Positions 1 through 9,904 of a stretch of DNA of 20,000 bases are shown piece by piece (the first letter of the stretch is position 1; every line of letters begins with the position of its first letter). The translations under genes and the position numbers were made by a program. This stretch comes from Chiloscyllium plagiosum. Lineage: Eukaryota. The notes below the pieces were generated by a model, which saw nothing but the letters and a program-made list of their open reading frames with translations, had not been told where the DNA came from and made no database searches. The stretch lies in NCBI RefSeq assembly GCF_004010195.1, contig NC_057749.1:11633844-11653843 (forward strand), given 5' to 3'.

Positions 1-2218
1 CTCTTTTGTAAGACCTACCCATAGGCATAGCCTCTGATTTAGCAAAATTAATCTTATACCCTGAAAAAGCGCCAAATGCGTGAATGCATTGTATCAGGCA
101 AGGCACTGAGACTGCTGGATTTGTCCAAAAAATTAGAACATCGTCTGCATCGAGCTCTTATGTAATTTTGACCCCACTTCTGGAGTTGATATGTTGAGAT
201 CCCCATGAATGGTTTCTGCCAACGATTCAATCACCAACGTAAAAAGTAATGATGAAAGGGGACAGCCCTGCCGGCTGCCCCTAGAAATATTAAAATTGCT
301 TGATTGTATCCCGTTGGTAATGACTGCCATGAGAGGTACACTGTAAGGGACTTTACCCGTCTTATGAAAACGTCTAGAGTCTAGAGTATAGGAAAGGTAC
401 GGCCACTCAACTCGGTCAAATGCCTTCTCTGCATCTAAAGAAATCGCCAATCCCTGTATTGACGGCTGTTGGCATGCTTGAATTACATTAAGCAGCCTCC
501 TAACGTTATTGGAGGATCTGCGACCCTTTATGAAGCCCGTCTGATCCTCTTTAATAATAGAGGGTAACACAGTCTCCAGCCTTAACACAAGAGCCTTAGA
601 GAGGATTTTAAAGTCCACATTTAAGAGCAAGATGGGCCTGTATGAAGCACATTCTTCCAGATCCTTCCCTTTTTTAAGGATAAGTGAAGTATTGGCCTCT
701 CTCAGAGATGGTGGGAGACAATCATGACTGTATGAATCATTAAACATATTCAGCATCGGGCCTGACGGTGTACTTAGACTTCCCAGTGAATTCTATAAGG
801 AATTTATATCAGGACCGGTCGCCTTTCCACTCTGAAGCTGCCTCACAGCTTCCTGCACTTCTTGCTCTGATAATGGGGCATTGGGAAAGGACGGTTGTTC
901 GGGAGTCACACGCAGGAGCTTCAGATCTCTAAAAAAGGATTCCATTTTGGCCTGCCCCTCCTCACAATTCTCAGACTGATATAACTTAGAGTAGAATCTC
1001 TGGAACACCACATTAATCTTTTTAGAATCATATGTTAGGTTCACAGACCCTTCCCTAATCGCTGTAATGCTTTGTGGGGCACTTCTGTTTCTGGCAAGGT
1101 ATGCTAAGTATTTGCCTGGCTTGTTACCATGCTCGTATAACCTTTGCTTTGCAAAAGCGAGCTCCTTCTTTGCCGTCTGCTTGAGCATGGAATTTAGTGT
1201 AGACCGCAGTGCTGTAATCCTCTGTAGTTTGACCAATGAGGGTCTGTCAAAATAGGCCTTCTGAGCTGCCTTCAACCGTACTTCAAGGAGACGTTGCTGC
1301 TCACCCTTCTGCCGCTTCCTACTGGTGGAATATGAAATAACTAACCCCCTGGCATAAGCTTTGGCAGTTTCCCAGAGAACAGATGAACTATCAACCGAGC
1401 CTATGTTGATGTCTAGGAATGCCCGAAATTCCCTAGACTAATACTCCACAAATCTACTGTCCATGAGAATAAAGGGGTCCATTCGCCAGTACCTTGAATC
1501 CACTGTAACATCCTTAATCTTAACCATGAGGTACACTGGAGCATGATCAGAGATGGCAATATTACCAATCATACAGGATGCCACCAGATCCAAGGTTACC
1601 GCAGGGGTCAGAAAAAAAAAAATCAATCTTCGTGTGACATCTATGAGATTGGAGAAAAACGTGAAATCCCTACCTGTAGGGTGGAGATACCTCCAGACGT
1701 CCACCAACCCTAATTCCCCAGACAAACCCAATAACTGTTTAGTTTGTGCAGAGGGTATCGAGGGACCTTTAGGCAACCTGTCTACTGTGGGGTCCATGAG
1801 GCAGTTAAAATCTCCCCCTATAATGATGTGCCGAGACTTGAGAGACTTATCAGTTTAGGAAAAGCATCTACCACGAATTTAAGAGGATGAGTTGGGGGAC
1901 AATAAACATTTAAAATGCCATATTCTTCCCCATTTATCAAGGCTTACAAACCTCCCTTATGTGTCTTTAATACATTCCAACAATTTAAATGAGAGATTTC
2001 TCCTAACCAATATAGCCACTCCTCTACTTCTGGTATTAAATGATGAAAAATAAACTCGGTCAAAGCCATTCTGCTGTAATTTCAGATGCTTTTTGTCCCT
2101 GTAACAAAGCAATATCCACCCTATCCTTTCTAAGACTCAAGAGTACCTTCTTCCTCTTAATTGGTGAGTGACTTCCCTTGATATTCCACGTACACCATTT
2201 ACTCAAATCACTAGCCAT
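1..2218 (-). pseudogene. L1 ORF2 (APE endonuclease + reverse transcriptase), frameshifted
   Basis: ATG at 2218 gives MASDLSKWCTWNIKGSHSPIKRKK (EN start). Further motifs: GGDFNC, ISDHAPV (1438..1797), GKATGPD (793..1275), YRPILLLNVDFKILSK, DQTGF, SLDAEKAFDRVEW and RGSRQGCPLS (133..756). The catalytic YADD reads DADD near 140-151, in a shifted frame. Confidence 0.95.
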
Positions 2219-2820
2219 AATCTTCTGCAATTACATTTAAATTCCCGAGAGGCGGAACCCTAACCACAAATTGCTGAGCCTTAGTGTTGCATGGTCCACC
2301 AAATATAAAAACTACATAAACTAAAACCACTACATTTAACAAATATACAAAATTATTAAAAATAAAAAACAACAAAAACTAGAAAACAAACCAACATATA
2401 AAGCGCCAATAGCGCAGAGTAGGGGAACTCACCCCCTGCCCGGAGGGGGCAACTACCTGTCCCGAACTCCCCATAAGTAGGCATCTAACCATCTCAACCA
2501 CCTTCACTTCTCCCAGCTAGAGCCACATGGCAAGCACAAGCTAAAAAGAATAAACACCCTAGAGTATCAATATGAATTTTTTAAAATTCTTTTATTTTAA
2601 AAAAGGGGAATAAATACCCCACCCATCCTTTGGTATGTCCTGACTTAGAAATTTAAAATGTACATCTTACCCACCACCAGACATAGTTTGAACCAAATTA
2701 TTATCAAGAGAGGAAAAAAAGGGGAAAAACAAAGCTCCAACCGGATTTCCTCCATTTCTTTTACAGAATGAAAAATGCATTCCCAAGCAACAACATTTAT
2801 GCATACTACAATTGTTTAAA

Positions 2821-3626
2821 TTAGGTTAGTTTGTCCACAAAGTCTCTCGCCTTCTCCGATCTGTCAAAGGGATGCATGGATCCATCCAAGGTGATCCGAA
2901 GTACTGCCGGATATCTCAGGGAGTACTGAATCCCAAGTTCCTTCAGTCGTCTCTTGACACCATCATACAATTTTCGTTTCTGGATCACCGCCGCTGAAAA
3001 GTCCTGAAAAAACATGATCTTAGACCCCTCGTAAATTAGGGTCTTTGGATCCTTCCACTGGAGTCTGGAAGCCTTTATGACTCTCTCCTTATCCAGGTAA
3101 TGATGGAACCGCACCAGGAAAGGACAAGGGCATTGACCCATACCCGACCTCCGCGTTGCAACCTGGTGAGCCCTCTCTATCTTCAATCCTCTCATGCCAG
3201 TCTCCAAGTCAAGGAATTTCGGAAGCCAATCTTCAACAAATTCCACAGGCCACTCACCTTCCTTACTCTCAGACAGACCAATGATCCAAATGTTTTTTAT
3301 CCTACCCCTGTTTTCAAGATCATCCGCTTGGTCACGTAAATTACGAACCTGTGTCTTCAGGGCTTGGATCTCTTCCTTGAGTGAACTGGCATCAGCTTCC
3401 ACCTGTGCTCTACCTCATCTGTCCTCTTCTCCAGGTCTCCCAGCTGCTGCTCATCCTTCTGCAGCATCAGAGAGACTGGAGCCTGCTTCTCTTTAATCTG
3501 TTTCCCCAACATCTCGCGAGATTTCGAGAGCTGGTTCACCAGGTCCTGGAGAGTAATCGGCTCCGAGGCTGCAGCAGGCTGAGCTGCAGGCCCGGTCTTA
3601 GATGCTCCTCCTCCCTTTTTAGGCAT
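2821..3626 (-). pseudogene. L1 ORF1 (coiled-coil + RRM + CTD RNA-binding protein), one frameshift near 3400
   Basis: ORFs 3357..3626 and 2821..3402 join. Basic N-terminus MPKKGG, heptad-rich coiled coil, DLENRGRIKNIWIIGLSE (cf. L1 RxRRNNIRIIGLPE), IERAH, FFQDFS..QKRK, LRYPAVLRIT. Confidence 0.92.
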
Positions 3627-3790
3627 TTCTGGACAGCTGAAAATACAGGTAAGTCAATTTTTAAATGTTTCTTGCGGCTCCACAATCTTTCCAATGCCCC
3701 AAGAAATCCTGATGACCTGGGTTGGGCAGGTTAAAGGACCGTCCTGCTCCTGCTGCGATGCAAAACTCTGCAGTGCGATCTTCTCAGATC

Positions 3791-3801
3791 GCCGCCATTT
3801 T
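3791..3801 (-). promoter_or_regulatory. YY1-binding motif at the L1 5' end (internal promoter start-site element)
   Basis: GCCGCCATTTT on + (AAAATGGCGGC on the L1 sense strand) lies about 10 nt inside the apparent 5' end, the same position as the YY1 site of mammalian L1. Confidence 0.65.
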
Positions 3802-3812
3802 AGATCCCCGGA

Positions 3813-3993
3813 TGACCATTTAACCAAACTTTTGTACTGCTTCATACAGAATCAGGCACGAGAGTGTCAATATTTGTGACACTCACCTTTTTATATGTCA
3901 GGCAGGGTTCCCTGATTGGACCAGATTAACAGCGCAATCAGAGAACTCATATTCTGTAAGATCCAGTTCACAGACCTTGTTACAGTCACTACA
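3813..3993 (-). mobile_element. 5' part of a putative solo LTR, interrupted by the L1
   Basis: Minus strand begins TGTAGTGACTGTAACAAGG (TGT terminus at 3993) and contains a CCAAT box (TCCAATCAG) and a TATA-like CATATAAAAAG. It resembles a short shark LTR recalled from memory. Confidence 0.55.
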
Positions 3994-4009
3994 GAGGACA
4001 CTTTTTTAA

Positions 4010-4420
4010 ACTTAGGGATCGCCCTTTTAGGAGATATGAGAATTTTCTCTTTAAGAGTTGGGCTACCTTTGAACTCCCTGCCTCAGAAGGTGATGGAGGA
4101 TGAATCTTTAAATAATTTTAAGGTAGAGGTAGGTAGACGTCCATTAGGCAGAGGAATCAAAGGTTACCAGGGTAGTTGTAAATGTAAAATTCAAAACACA
4201 AACTGAGCAGCCATGATCTTATTAAATAAGGCAATAAAACTGCAAATACTGGAATCCAAAGTAGATAAGTAGGACGCTGGAAGAACACAGGAAGCCAGGC
4301 AGCATCAGGAGGTGGAGAAGTCAATGTTTCGAGTATAACCTTTCTTCAGGAATGGAGGTGGGGGTTGGAAGATCAGATTTCAGGAACCTATTAGTCTACT
4401 TCTGATTGCTACTTGTGTTT
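4010..4420 (+). mobile_element. Old CR1 LINE 3'-end fragment, interrupted at ~4232-4372 by a PLE-derived insertion
   Basis: Decayed ORF2 C-terminus (NSLPQKVMEDESLNNFKVEVGR) followed by the CR1 tail CAGCCATGATCTTATT; the tail resumes after ~4372. Confidence 0.7.
4232..4372 (-). mobile_element. Short Penelope-like terminal fragment with degenerate hammerhead motif
   Basis: Minus strand reads ATTC-CTGAAGA-AAGGTTATACTC-GAAA-CATT-GACT, then CTGATGCTGCCTGGCTTCCTGTGTTCTTCCAGC, homologous to 10817-10890 and 18519-18595. Confidence 0.75.
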
Positions 4421-4434
4421 ATTTGTTAGTAAGC

Positions 4435-4560
4435 GAGGAGAGAGATTAAGAAATTTCATAACGAAAGATTTTAGGAGTGTGGAATATTTTGCCACAGAGA
4501 ATATTTGAAACAGGAGAAATTACATCTTTTAAGAGAAAATTAAGTGAGTATTTGTCACAG
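4435..4560 (+). mobile_element. Highly decayed CR1-like 3' fragment
   Basis: GGAGTGTGGAATATTTTGCCACAG reads GVWNILPQ, like the CR1 C-terminal WNxLP motif. Confidence 0.4.
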
Positions 4561-4889
4561 GCAATAATGATATTATTAAACTGGAGTTAGTTTTTCATTG
4601 TTCTAGCACAGTTGGTGGAGAAGGAGCTTCAGTGTGAGCTTTAATTCAGTTAGCCATGTTCCATAAAACTCATGCCTACTGATTACTAGCTTCCCTTTTT
4701 TTTTTAACCAAAACACACAAAACAGAAGAGAAAACCAGAAGGCAAATGTTTCCCAACTCCGAGAACTAACTATTCCCCACAACTCAGAGTCAGTCACCTG
4801 AAATGAGGAGATTCTCACCTCCTGGAACTAGCTTCCCATATTTATGCAAGCAATTCACACCCAATTAACTTTAATTTATATATCCATCA

Positions 4890-4982
4890 CCTGGGCCCAC
4901 CTGTGACCCAAGAGGTTCAGTTCCCATCTGCTCAAAAAGTGTGTATTAACATCTTTGAACAAGTTGATTTTCAAAATATCTG
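4890..4982 (+). mobile_element. Short tRNA-derived SINE-like repeat (degenerate copy)
   Basis: GGTTCAGTTCCCATCTGCTC..GTGTGTATTAACATCTTTGAACAAGTTGAT..AAAATATC aligns with 13572-13638; B-box-like GGTTCAGTTCC. Confidence 0.6.
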
Positions 4983-5403
4983 TATCCATCAACAGTTCCC
5001 TCATTCCATTAGGCTGCAAGCCTTCCCTCAGACTATATTAAATATTAAATAATAACATCCTTCTGTGAACAAAAGACTTCCATTTCTTTGGAGTCCACTC
5101 TGATCTCAGCTTCTCCTAAAGTGCTTTACCATACACCTAAGTAGCTTTGAAGTGGGAATTAATATATGGATAATATGGTGTAAATGACTATGTGTATTTT
5201 TTTAAAAAAATTATCTCAGAGAGTTTTCATTTCCAGAATTGTTTTTGGAGGATTCTATAGATGGTTATAAATAAAATGATCTAATCCTCTGAAATTTATT
5301 TATACTCTTGATGATCATGTAGTTAGTTAACCAAATGGAACAGTGAACTCCGACATTATAGCTCAACATCTTCAGATACTGAAAATGAAAGTTTTCTGTG
5401 ATT

Positions 5404-5540
5404 TTTGATGAAAGGTTATCAAGTTTTAAAAAATCAGCTATATTTTCCTCTCCACAGCTGCTGCCTGACCTGCTTGGATGTCCAAATAGTTTCTAACTTT
5501 ATTTCATATTACCAGAACCCACAGGAGATTGATTTTCTAA
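5404..5540 (+). mobile_element. Old Penelope-like terminal fragment with eroded hammerhead motif
   Basis: TTGATGAAAGGTTATCAAG... followed by GCTGCTGCCTGACCTGCT, the 3' module shared with the other PLE-terminal copies. Confidence 0.55.
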
Positions 5541-5616
5541 ATGGACTTCAGAATATTTTCTTGTTCAAATTGACAATATCGGTCTATTGTTAGAGCCATC
5601 ATCTAATCTCTGCGCC

Positions 5617-6515
5617 TCTTTTTAAATTATTCAATTTGTGGGATATGGGCATTGCTGGCTGGCCAGCATTTTTGCCCATCCCTAGTGCACTTGAGAAGGT
5701 GGTGGTGATGAGCTGCTGCCTTGAACCGCTGCAGTCCATTTGCTGTAGAGTGACCCACAATGCCATTAGGGAGGGAATTCCAGGATTTTGACGCAACAGC
5801 AGTGAAGAAACAACAATATATTTGCAAGTCAGTATGGTGAGTGGCTTGGAGGGGAACTTGAAAATGGTGATGTACACATATATCTACTGCCGTTGACCTT
5901 CCAGATGGAAGTAGTTGTGGGTTTGCAAGGTGCTGTCTAAAGGACTTGGGTGCATTTCTGCAGTGCATCTTGCAGCTAGTACACATTACTGCTACTGAGC
6001 ATTGGTGGTGGAGAAAATAGATGCTTTTGGATGCAGTGCCAATCAAGTGGCTGCTTGATCCTGGATGGTGTCAAGCTTCTTGAGTGTTGTTGGGGCTGCA
6101 CACATCCAGACAAATGGGGAGTATTCCGTCATACTCCTGACTTGTCCCTAGTAGATGGTGGACAGGCTTTGGGGAGTCAAGATGTGAGTTACATGCTGGA
6201 GTACTCTTAGCCTCTGACCTGGCCTTGTAGCCACTGCGTTTATGTGGTTAGCCCAGTTGAGTTTCCAGCTGAGGTCTGGAACACCCAGGATGTTGTTAGT
6301 GGCAGATTCAGTGATTGTAACACTATTGAATGTCAAGGGGCGGTGGTTAGATTGTCTGTCTCTTTTTGGGAATGCTGATAGGCTGGCATTTGCGAATATT
6401 ACTTGCCACTTCCCCTCTTCTGACCTTATGATGGAGGGAAGGCCATTGCTGAAGCAGCTAAAGATGGTTGGGTCTAGGACATTACTCTGAGGAACGCCTG
6501 CAGCGATATCCATGA
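5617..6515 (-). mobile_element. CR1-group (L2/Crack-like) LINE 3' fragment with internal deletion
   Basis: ORF 6148..6528: AGVPQSNVLDPTIF (RT GVPQGSVLGP motif), KWQVIF, NILGV..KLNWANHI. ORF 5627..6046: SWNSLPNGIV..LQRFKAAAH. A-rich 3' end at ~5617-5630. Confidence 0.8.
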
Positions 6516-6519
6516 AAAG

Positions 6520-6578
6520 TTCAGCCATGTTCTTATTGAATGGCAGAGCAGAGTCGAGGGGCCATAAGGTGACACTCA
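6520..6578 (+). mobile_element. Isolated CR1 3'-tail fragment
   Basis: TCAGCCATGTTCTTATTGAATGGCAGAGCAGAGTCGAGGGGCC, homologous to the CR1 tails at ~4208 and ~17363. Confidence 0.6.
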
Positions 6579-7047
6579 GTCAAATGGCATTGGTTTGCCA
6601 CCCGCAAACAACTGTAGACCAAAAGGACTTCCTAGCAGCATTGGAATCAACCCTGAAGCACAACAGACTTACGGAAGAAACCCAACAGACCATCAGACAG
6701 ACAGTAGCAACAACATTAAACAGGAAGAAAGCAGGGAACACTCTCAACACACAGGAAAGGAAAGCCCTAGAAGGACTCAGAAAGACAGAAATATTGTAAT
6801 CCTCCCTGCAGACAAAGTGTGCATGATAGTCAGTCAGTCATTCTCAACAGAACAGTACATTGAAAAGGCTACTCAAAGATATCGACATTACCAACAGGTG
6901 GCGATGGACCTGACTCCACAGCTAGAAAAGCACATCACAGCATCACTGAAGAAACTCCACAAATCAGTTGAAATTAACAACACATATTTCCAAAGAATGA
7001 AATTTGATGGATCCATTTCTATGGATTACCTAATGTACACAAACCAT

Positions 7048-7063
7048 CCCCCCCCCCCCCCCC
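7048..7063 (+). repeat. Poly-C homopolymer expansion inside the PLE
   Basis: About 16 consecutive C in the HKP..PLRPI region. Confidence 0.9.
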
Positions 7064-7576
7064 CTCTCCCCGACCCATAATCTCACTTCCCGGCACACCA
7101 ACATGCAGATTAGCAAAAGAATTTCACCGTAAACTGAAATACCTAATAGAAGACTCATGCCACTCCATCCACTCCACCCAAAAATTCCTGAAGATCAAAT
7201 ACACAAAGATAGGAGAGGACAAAGTCATGTTCTCCTTTGACACAGTGGCCCTATTCACATTAATTAACATCAGCCTGGCCAAAGAAACACTGACCACACT
7301 ACTAGATGAACCAAGGATATAAACACCAGACAGCACCAACTCTATCAGCAAGGATAGCATCCTCAAGCTAGTTGTTTGTGCCTCACTATTCACTTCGCCT
7401 TCATTGACAAGACTTACAGGCAAATCAATGGAACACCAATATCAGGATTCTTGGCAGAAGCAGTGATGCAGAGATGAGGACGAACACTTTGCCCCACGAT
7501 CCAACCCAAGCTTTGGGTCCACTATGTGGATGACACCTTTGTCATCATGAAACGAAACAAATTAAAGAAAATAACC

Positions 7577-7898
7577 ACGGTGGCACAGTGGTTAGCACTG
7601 CAGCCTCGCAGCGCCAGAGACCTGGGTTCAATTCCCGACTCAGGTGACTGACTGTGTGGAGTTTGCACATTCTCCCCGTGTCTGCGTGGGTTTCCTCCGG
7701 GTGCTCCGGTTTCCTCCCACAGTCCAAAGATGTGCAGGTCAGGTGAATTGGCCATACTAAAATGCCCGTAGTGTTAGGTAAGGGGTAAATGTAGGGGTAT
7801 GGGTGGGTTGCGCTTCGGCGGGTCGGTGTGGACTTGTTGGGCCGAAGGGCCTGTTTCCACACTGTAATGTAATGTAATGTAATCTAATCTAATCTAAT
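7577..7898 (+). mobile_element. tRNA-derived V-SINE (HE1-like, elasmobranch), near full length
   Basis: A box TGGCACAGTGG (7581-7591), B box GGTTCAATTCC (7625-7635), V-domain TGTGTGGAGTTTGCACATTCTCCCCGTGTCTGCGTGGGTTTCCTCCGGGTGCTCCGGTTTCCTCCCACAGTCCAAAGA, CR1-like tail GGGCCGAAGGGCCTG, terminal (TGTAA)n(TCTAA)n. Confidence 0.92.
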
Positions 7899-8786
7899 AT
7901 AATTAGCAACATCCTTACTGGCATAAATGTTACAAAAGAGGAAGAGTTCAACAACAGACTCCCCTTCCTAGATGTCACAGTGGAACAAACAGTCAATAGA
8001 GAACTGTAGACCAGCGTCTATAGGAGAGCAACACACACAGACCAGATACTCAACAACAGAAGCAATCATCCCAACAGCCACAAACAGAGCTGCATCAGGA
8101 CATTATTTAATTGGGCCACAACACACTGCAGCACCCAGGAACTAAGAGCAGCAGAAGAAAAACACTTATACAGCGTATTCAAGAACAGGTACCTGATAAA
8201 CACAGTCCGCTGATTCTGAAACAACAAACCCAACAAGACGACACAACAACATGCCCAGAGACTCTAGACACACTACCATACATCAAAGACATCTCTGAGA
8301 TGACTACTAGACTACTCTGACCCCTTGGCATCATGGTAGCCCACAAACCTACAAACACACTGAAACAGATACTGATGAATGTAAAGGACCCAGTACCAAC
8401 AACTAGCAAAACAAATTCATATACAAAATACCCTGCAAGGACTGCAAGAAACGATAAGTCAGACAGGCAGGCAAGAAACTAGCAACCAGGATACACGAAC
8501 ACCAACTAGCCACCAAAGGACATGACCAGCTATCACTAGTATCCTTACACACAGATGAAAGAGGACACCACTTCAACTGGGGCAAGACATTCTAGGACAG
8601 GCTGAACAGAGACATGTACGGAATTCCTAGAGATCGGCATTCAAACCGAATCTCCATCGATAAACATATCGATTTGGACCCATTTACCAACATCTGAGAA
8701 AAAGGATCGGAAATAATATTACCCACCTTAACATTCGAAGACACATAAATAGAAAGCAGGATCGAACACCAGTGCTTCACCGGAGG

Positions 8787-8828
8787 CTCACTGATGATGT
8801 TACCTAGCATGGTGACAAAACGTCTGAG
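8787..8828 (+). ncRNA. Minimal type-I hammerhead ribozyme motif in the PLE terminus (G12 mutated to A)
   Basis: CTCA-CTGATGA-T-GTTACC-TAGCAT-GGTGAC-AAAA-CGTC-TGAG. Helix I is CTCA/TGAG, helix II is GTTACC/GGTGAC, the palindrome is ACGT and the cleavage triplet is GUC. Confidence 0.8.
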
Positions 8829-8904
8829 AACAAACCTACCAGCTCAGCGAGCAAACTTACAACCTGAACTATATTTCTGCAGCAGCTATGCAAATGGTCA
8901 TCAT

Positions 8905-9700
8905 TATAGAGTGTCAATCTCTTGCCTTTTCCCCATATTCTTGCACACTATTTCTATCCAAATAATCATCTAATATCATCTTGAATTCCTCAATTGAACT
9001 TGTCTCCACCACATTTCCAGGCAATGCATTCACACCCTAACTACTCTCTATGTGAAAACCTTTTTTCCTCATATCATCTTGCTTATTTTGCACATCACTT
9101 TAAATCTAAGCCCGTTCATTATTGTTCCTTTAATCAGTGAGAAGAACTTCTCCTGAACTACTGCATCCAGCCTGCTCATGATTTTGAAAACCTCTATCAA
9201 ATCTCTTCTCAGTCTTTTTCTCTCCGAGGTGAATAGTCCCAACTTCTTCAATCTCTCTTCATAACTGTTCATCACAGGAACTAAATTGCTAGGCACTTTC
9301 TTCAGTGCATTCACATCTTTCCTATAATGTGGTGCCCAGAACTATTCGCAATACTCTGGCAAAGGTCTGAAAAGTATGTTTAATATCACCTCCTTGCTCT
9401 GATACTGTATGCTTGTTTTGATAAAGCAGAGGAATGCTTTATTTACTGCTCTCTCCAGTTGTCCTATCACTTCCAATAACCTGTGCACATAGTACACCAG
9501 ATCTCTCTGTTCCTGCAACCACTTTAGAATTGTGTTTTATTTTATATTGTCTTTAAGTGTTCCTCCTATTAAAGTATATCATCTCACATCTCTCTGCATT
9601 GAACCTCATCTGCCACCTGCCATCCACTCCATCAATTTGTCAATATCCTTTTGGAGTACTACACTACCCTCCCCATAATTCACAATTCTTCTATTCAATT
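8905..9700 (-). mobile_element. CR1 LINE 3' fragment, degenerate
   Basis: ORF 9069..9314: SYEERLKKLGLFTSERKRLRRDLIEVFKIM. GCAGATGAGGTTCAAT (WQMxFN motif) near 9600-9620 on the minus strand. Confidence 0.85.
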
Positions 9701-9904
9701 TTTTTTACATCCAAGTTGTTGCGGTTCTCACTGAAGGTACAGGGAAAGGTTGACTCAGTAATTGTTCAGTTTTTAAGTCACTGGTTAATCATCACTGAAG
9801 AGTTAACTTTCCACAATCCTTGGTCTAACGCAGTCCTTTCCTCTTTTTGGTCCATAATCCAAATACAGAAAAATGAAAAGATATGGTCTTTGCAATTATA
9901 TACT

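Larger units (their letters stand above)
1..3812 (-). mobile_element. LINE-1 (L1 clade) non-LTR retrotransposon, 5'-complete, degenerate; 3' part continues beyond the left edge of the window
   Basis: On the minus strand, in order: GC-rich 5'UTR with YY1 motif (~3812-3627), ORF1 (3626-2821), ~600-bp spacer, then ORF2 with APE endonuclease and RT motifs (2218-1). Multiple frameshifts. Confidence 0.95.
6590..8870 (+). mobile_element. Penelope-like element (RT + GIY-YIG endonuclease), 5'-truncated, frameshifted, with 3' terminal region containing a hammerhead motif
   Basis: Motifs across frames: ALEGLRKDRNIVILPADK, PIISLPGTPT, SFDTVALFT, YRQINGTP, WVHYVDDTFV (~7514-7543), LPFLDVTV, YRRATHTDQILNNRSNHP, GIY-YIG-like IYKIPCKDCKK..GKKLATRIHEH (~8420-8500). 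Interrupted by a SINE at 7577-7898. Confidence 0.9.

Noticed and set aside
133..756. Functional or domesticated reverse transcriptase
   Set aside because: Frameshifted before the catalytic motif, which reads DADD; the other RT copies in the window are also disrupted.
1067..3879. Plus-strand ORFs (1067, 1553, 3100, 3194, 3381, 3694) as genes or an L1 ORF0
   Set aside because: Antisense shadows of L1 ORF1/ORF2 with no recognisable motifs.
5442..5460. Splice-acceptor-like TTTTCCTCTCCACAG
   Set aside because: Lies within a PLE-terminal repeat, and the downstream sequence gives no FAM189-like peptide.
7577..7640. tRNA gene (A and B boxes)
   Set aside because: Continues directly into the V-domain and LINE-like tail, so it is a SINE head rather than a tRNA.
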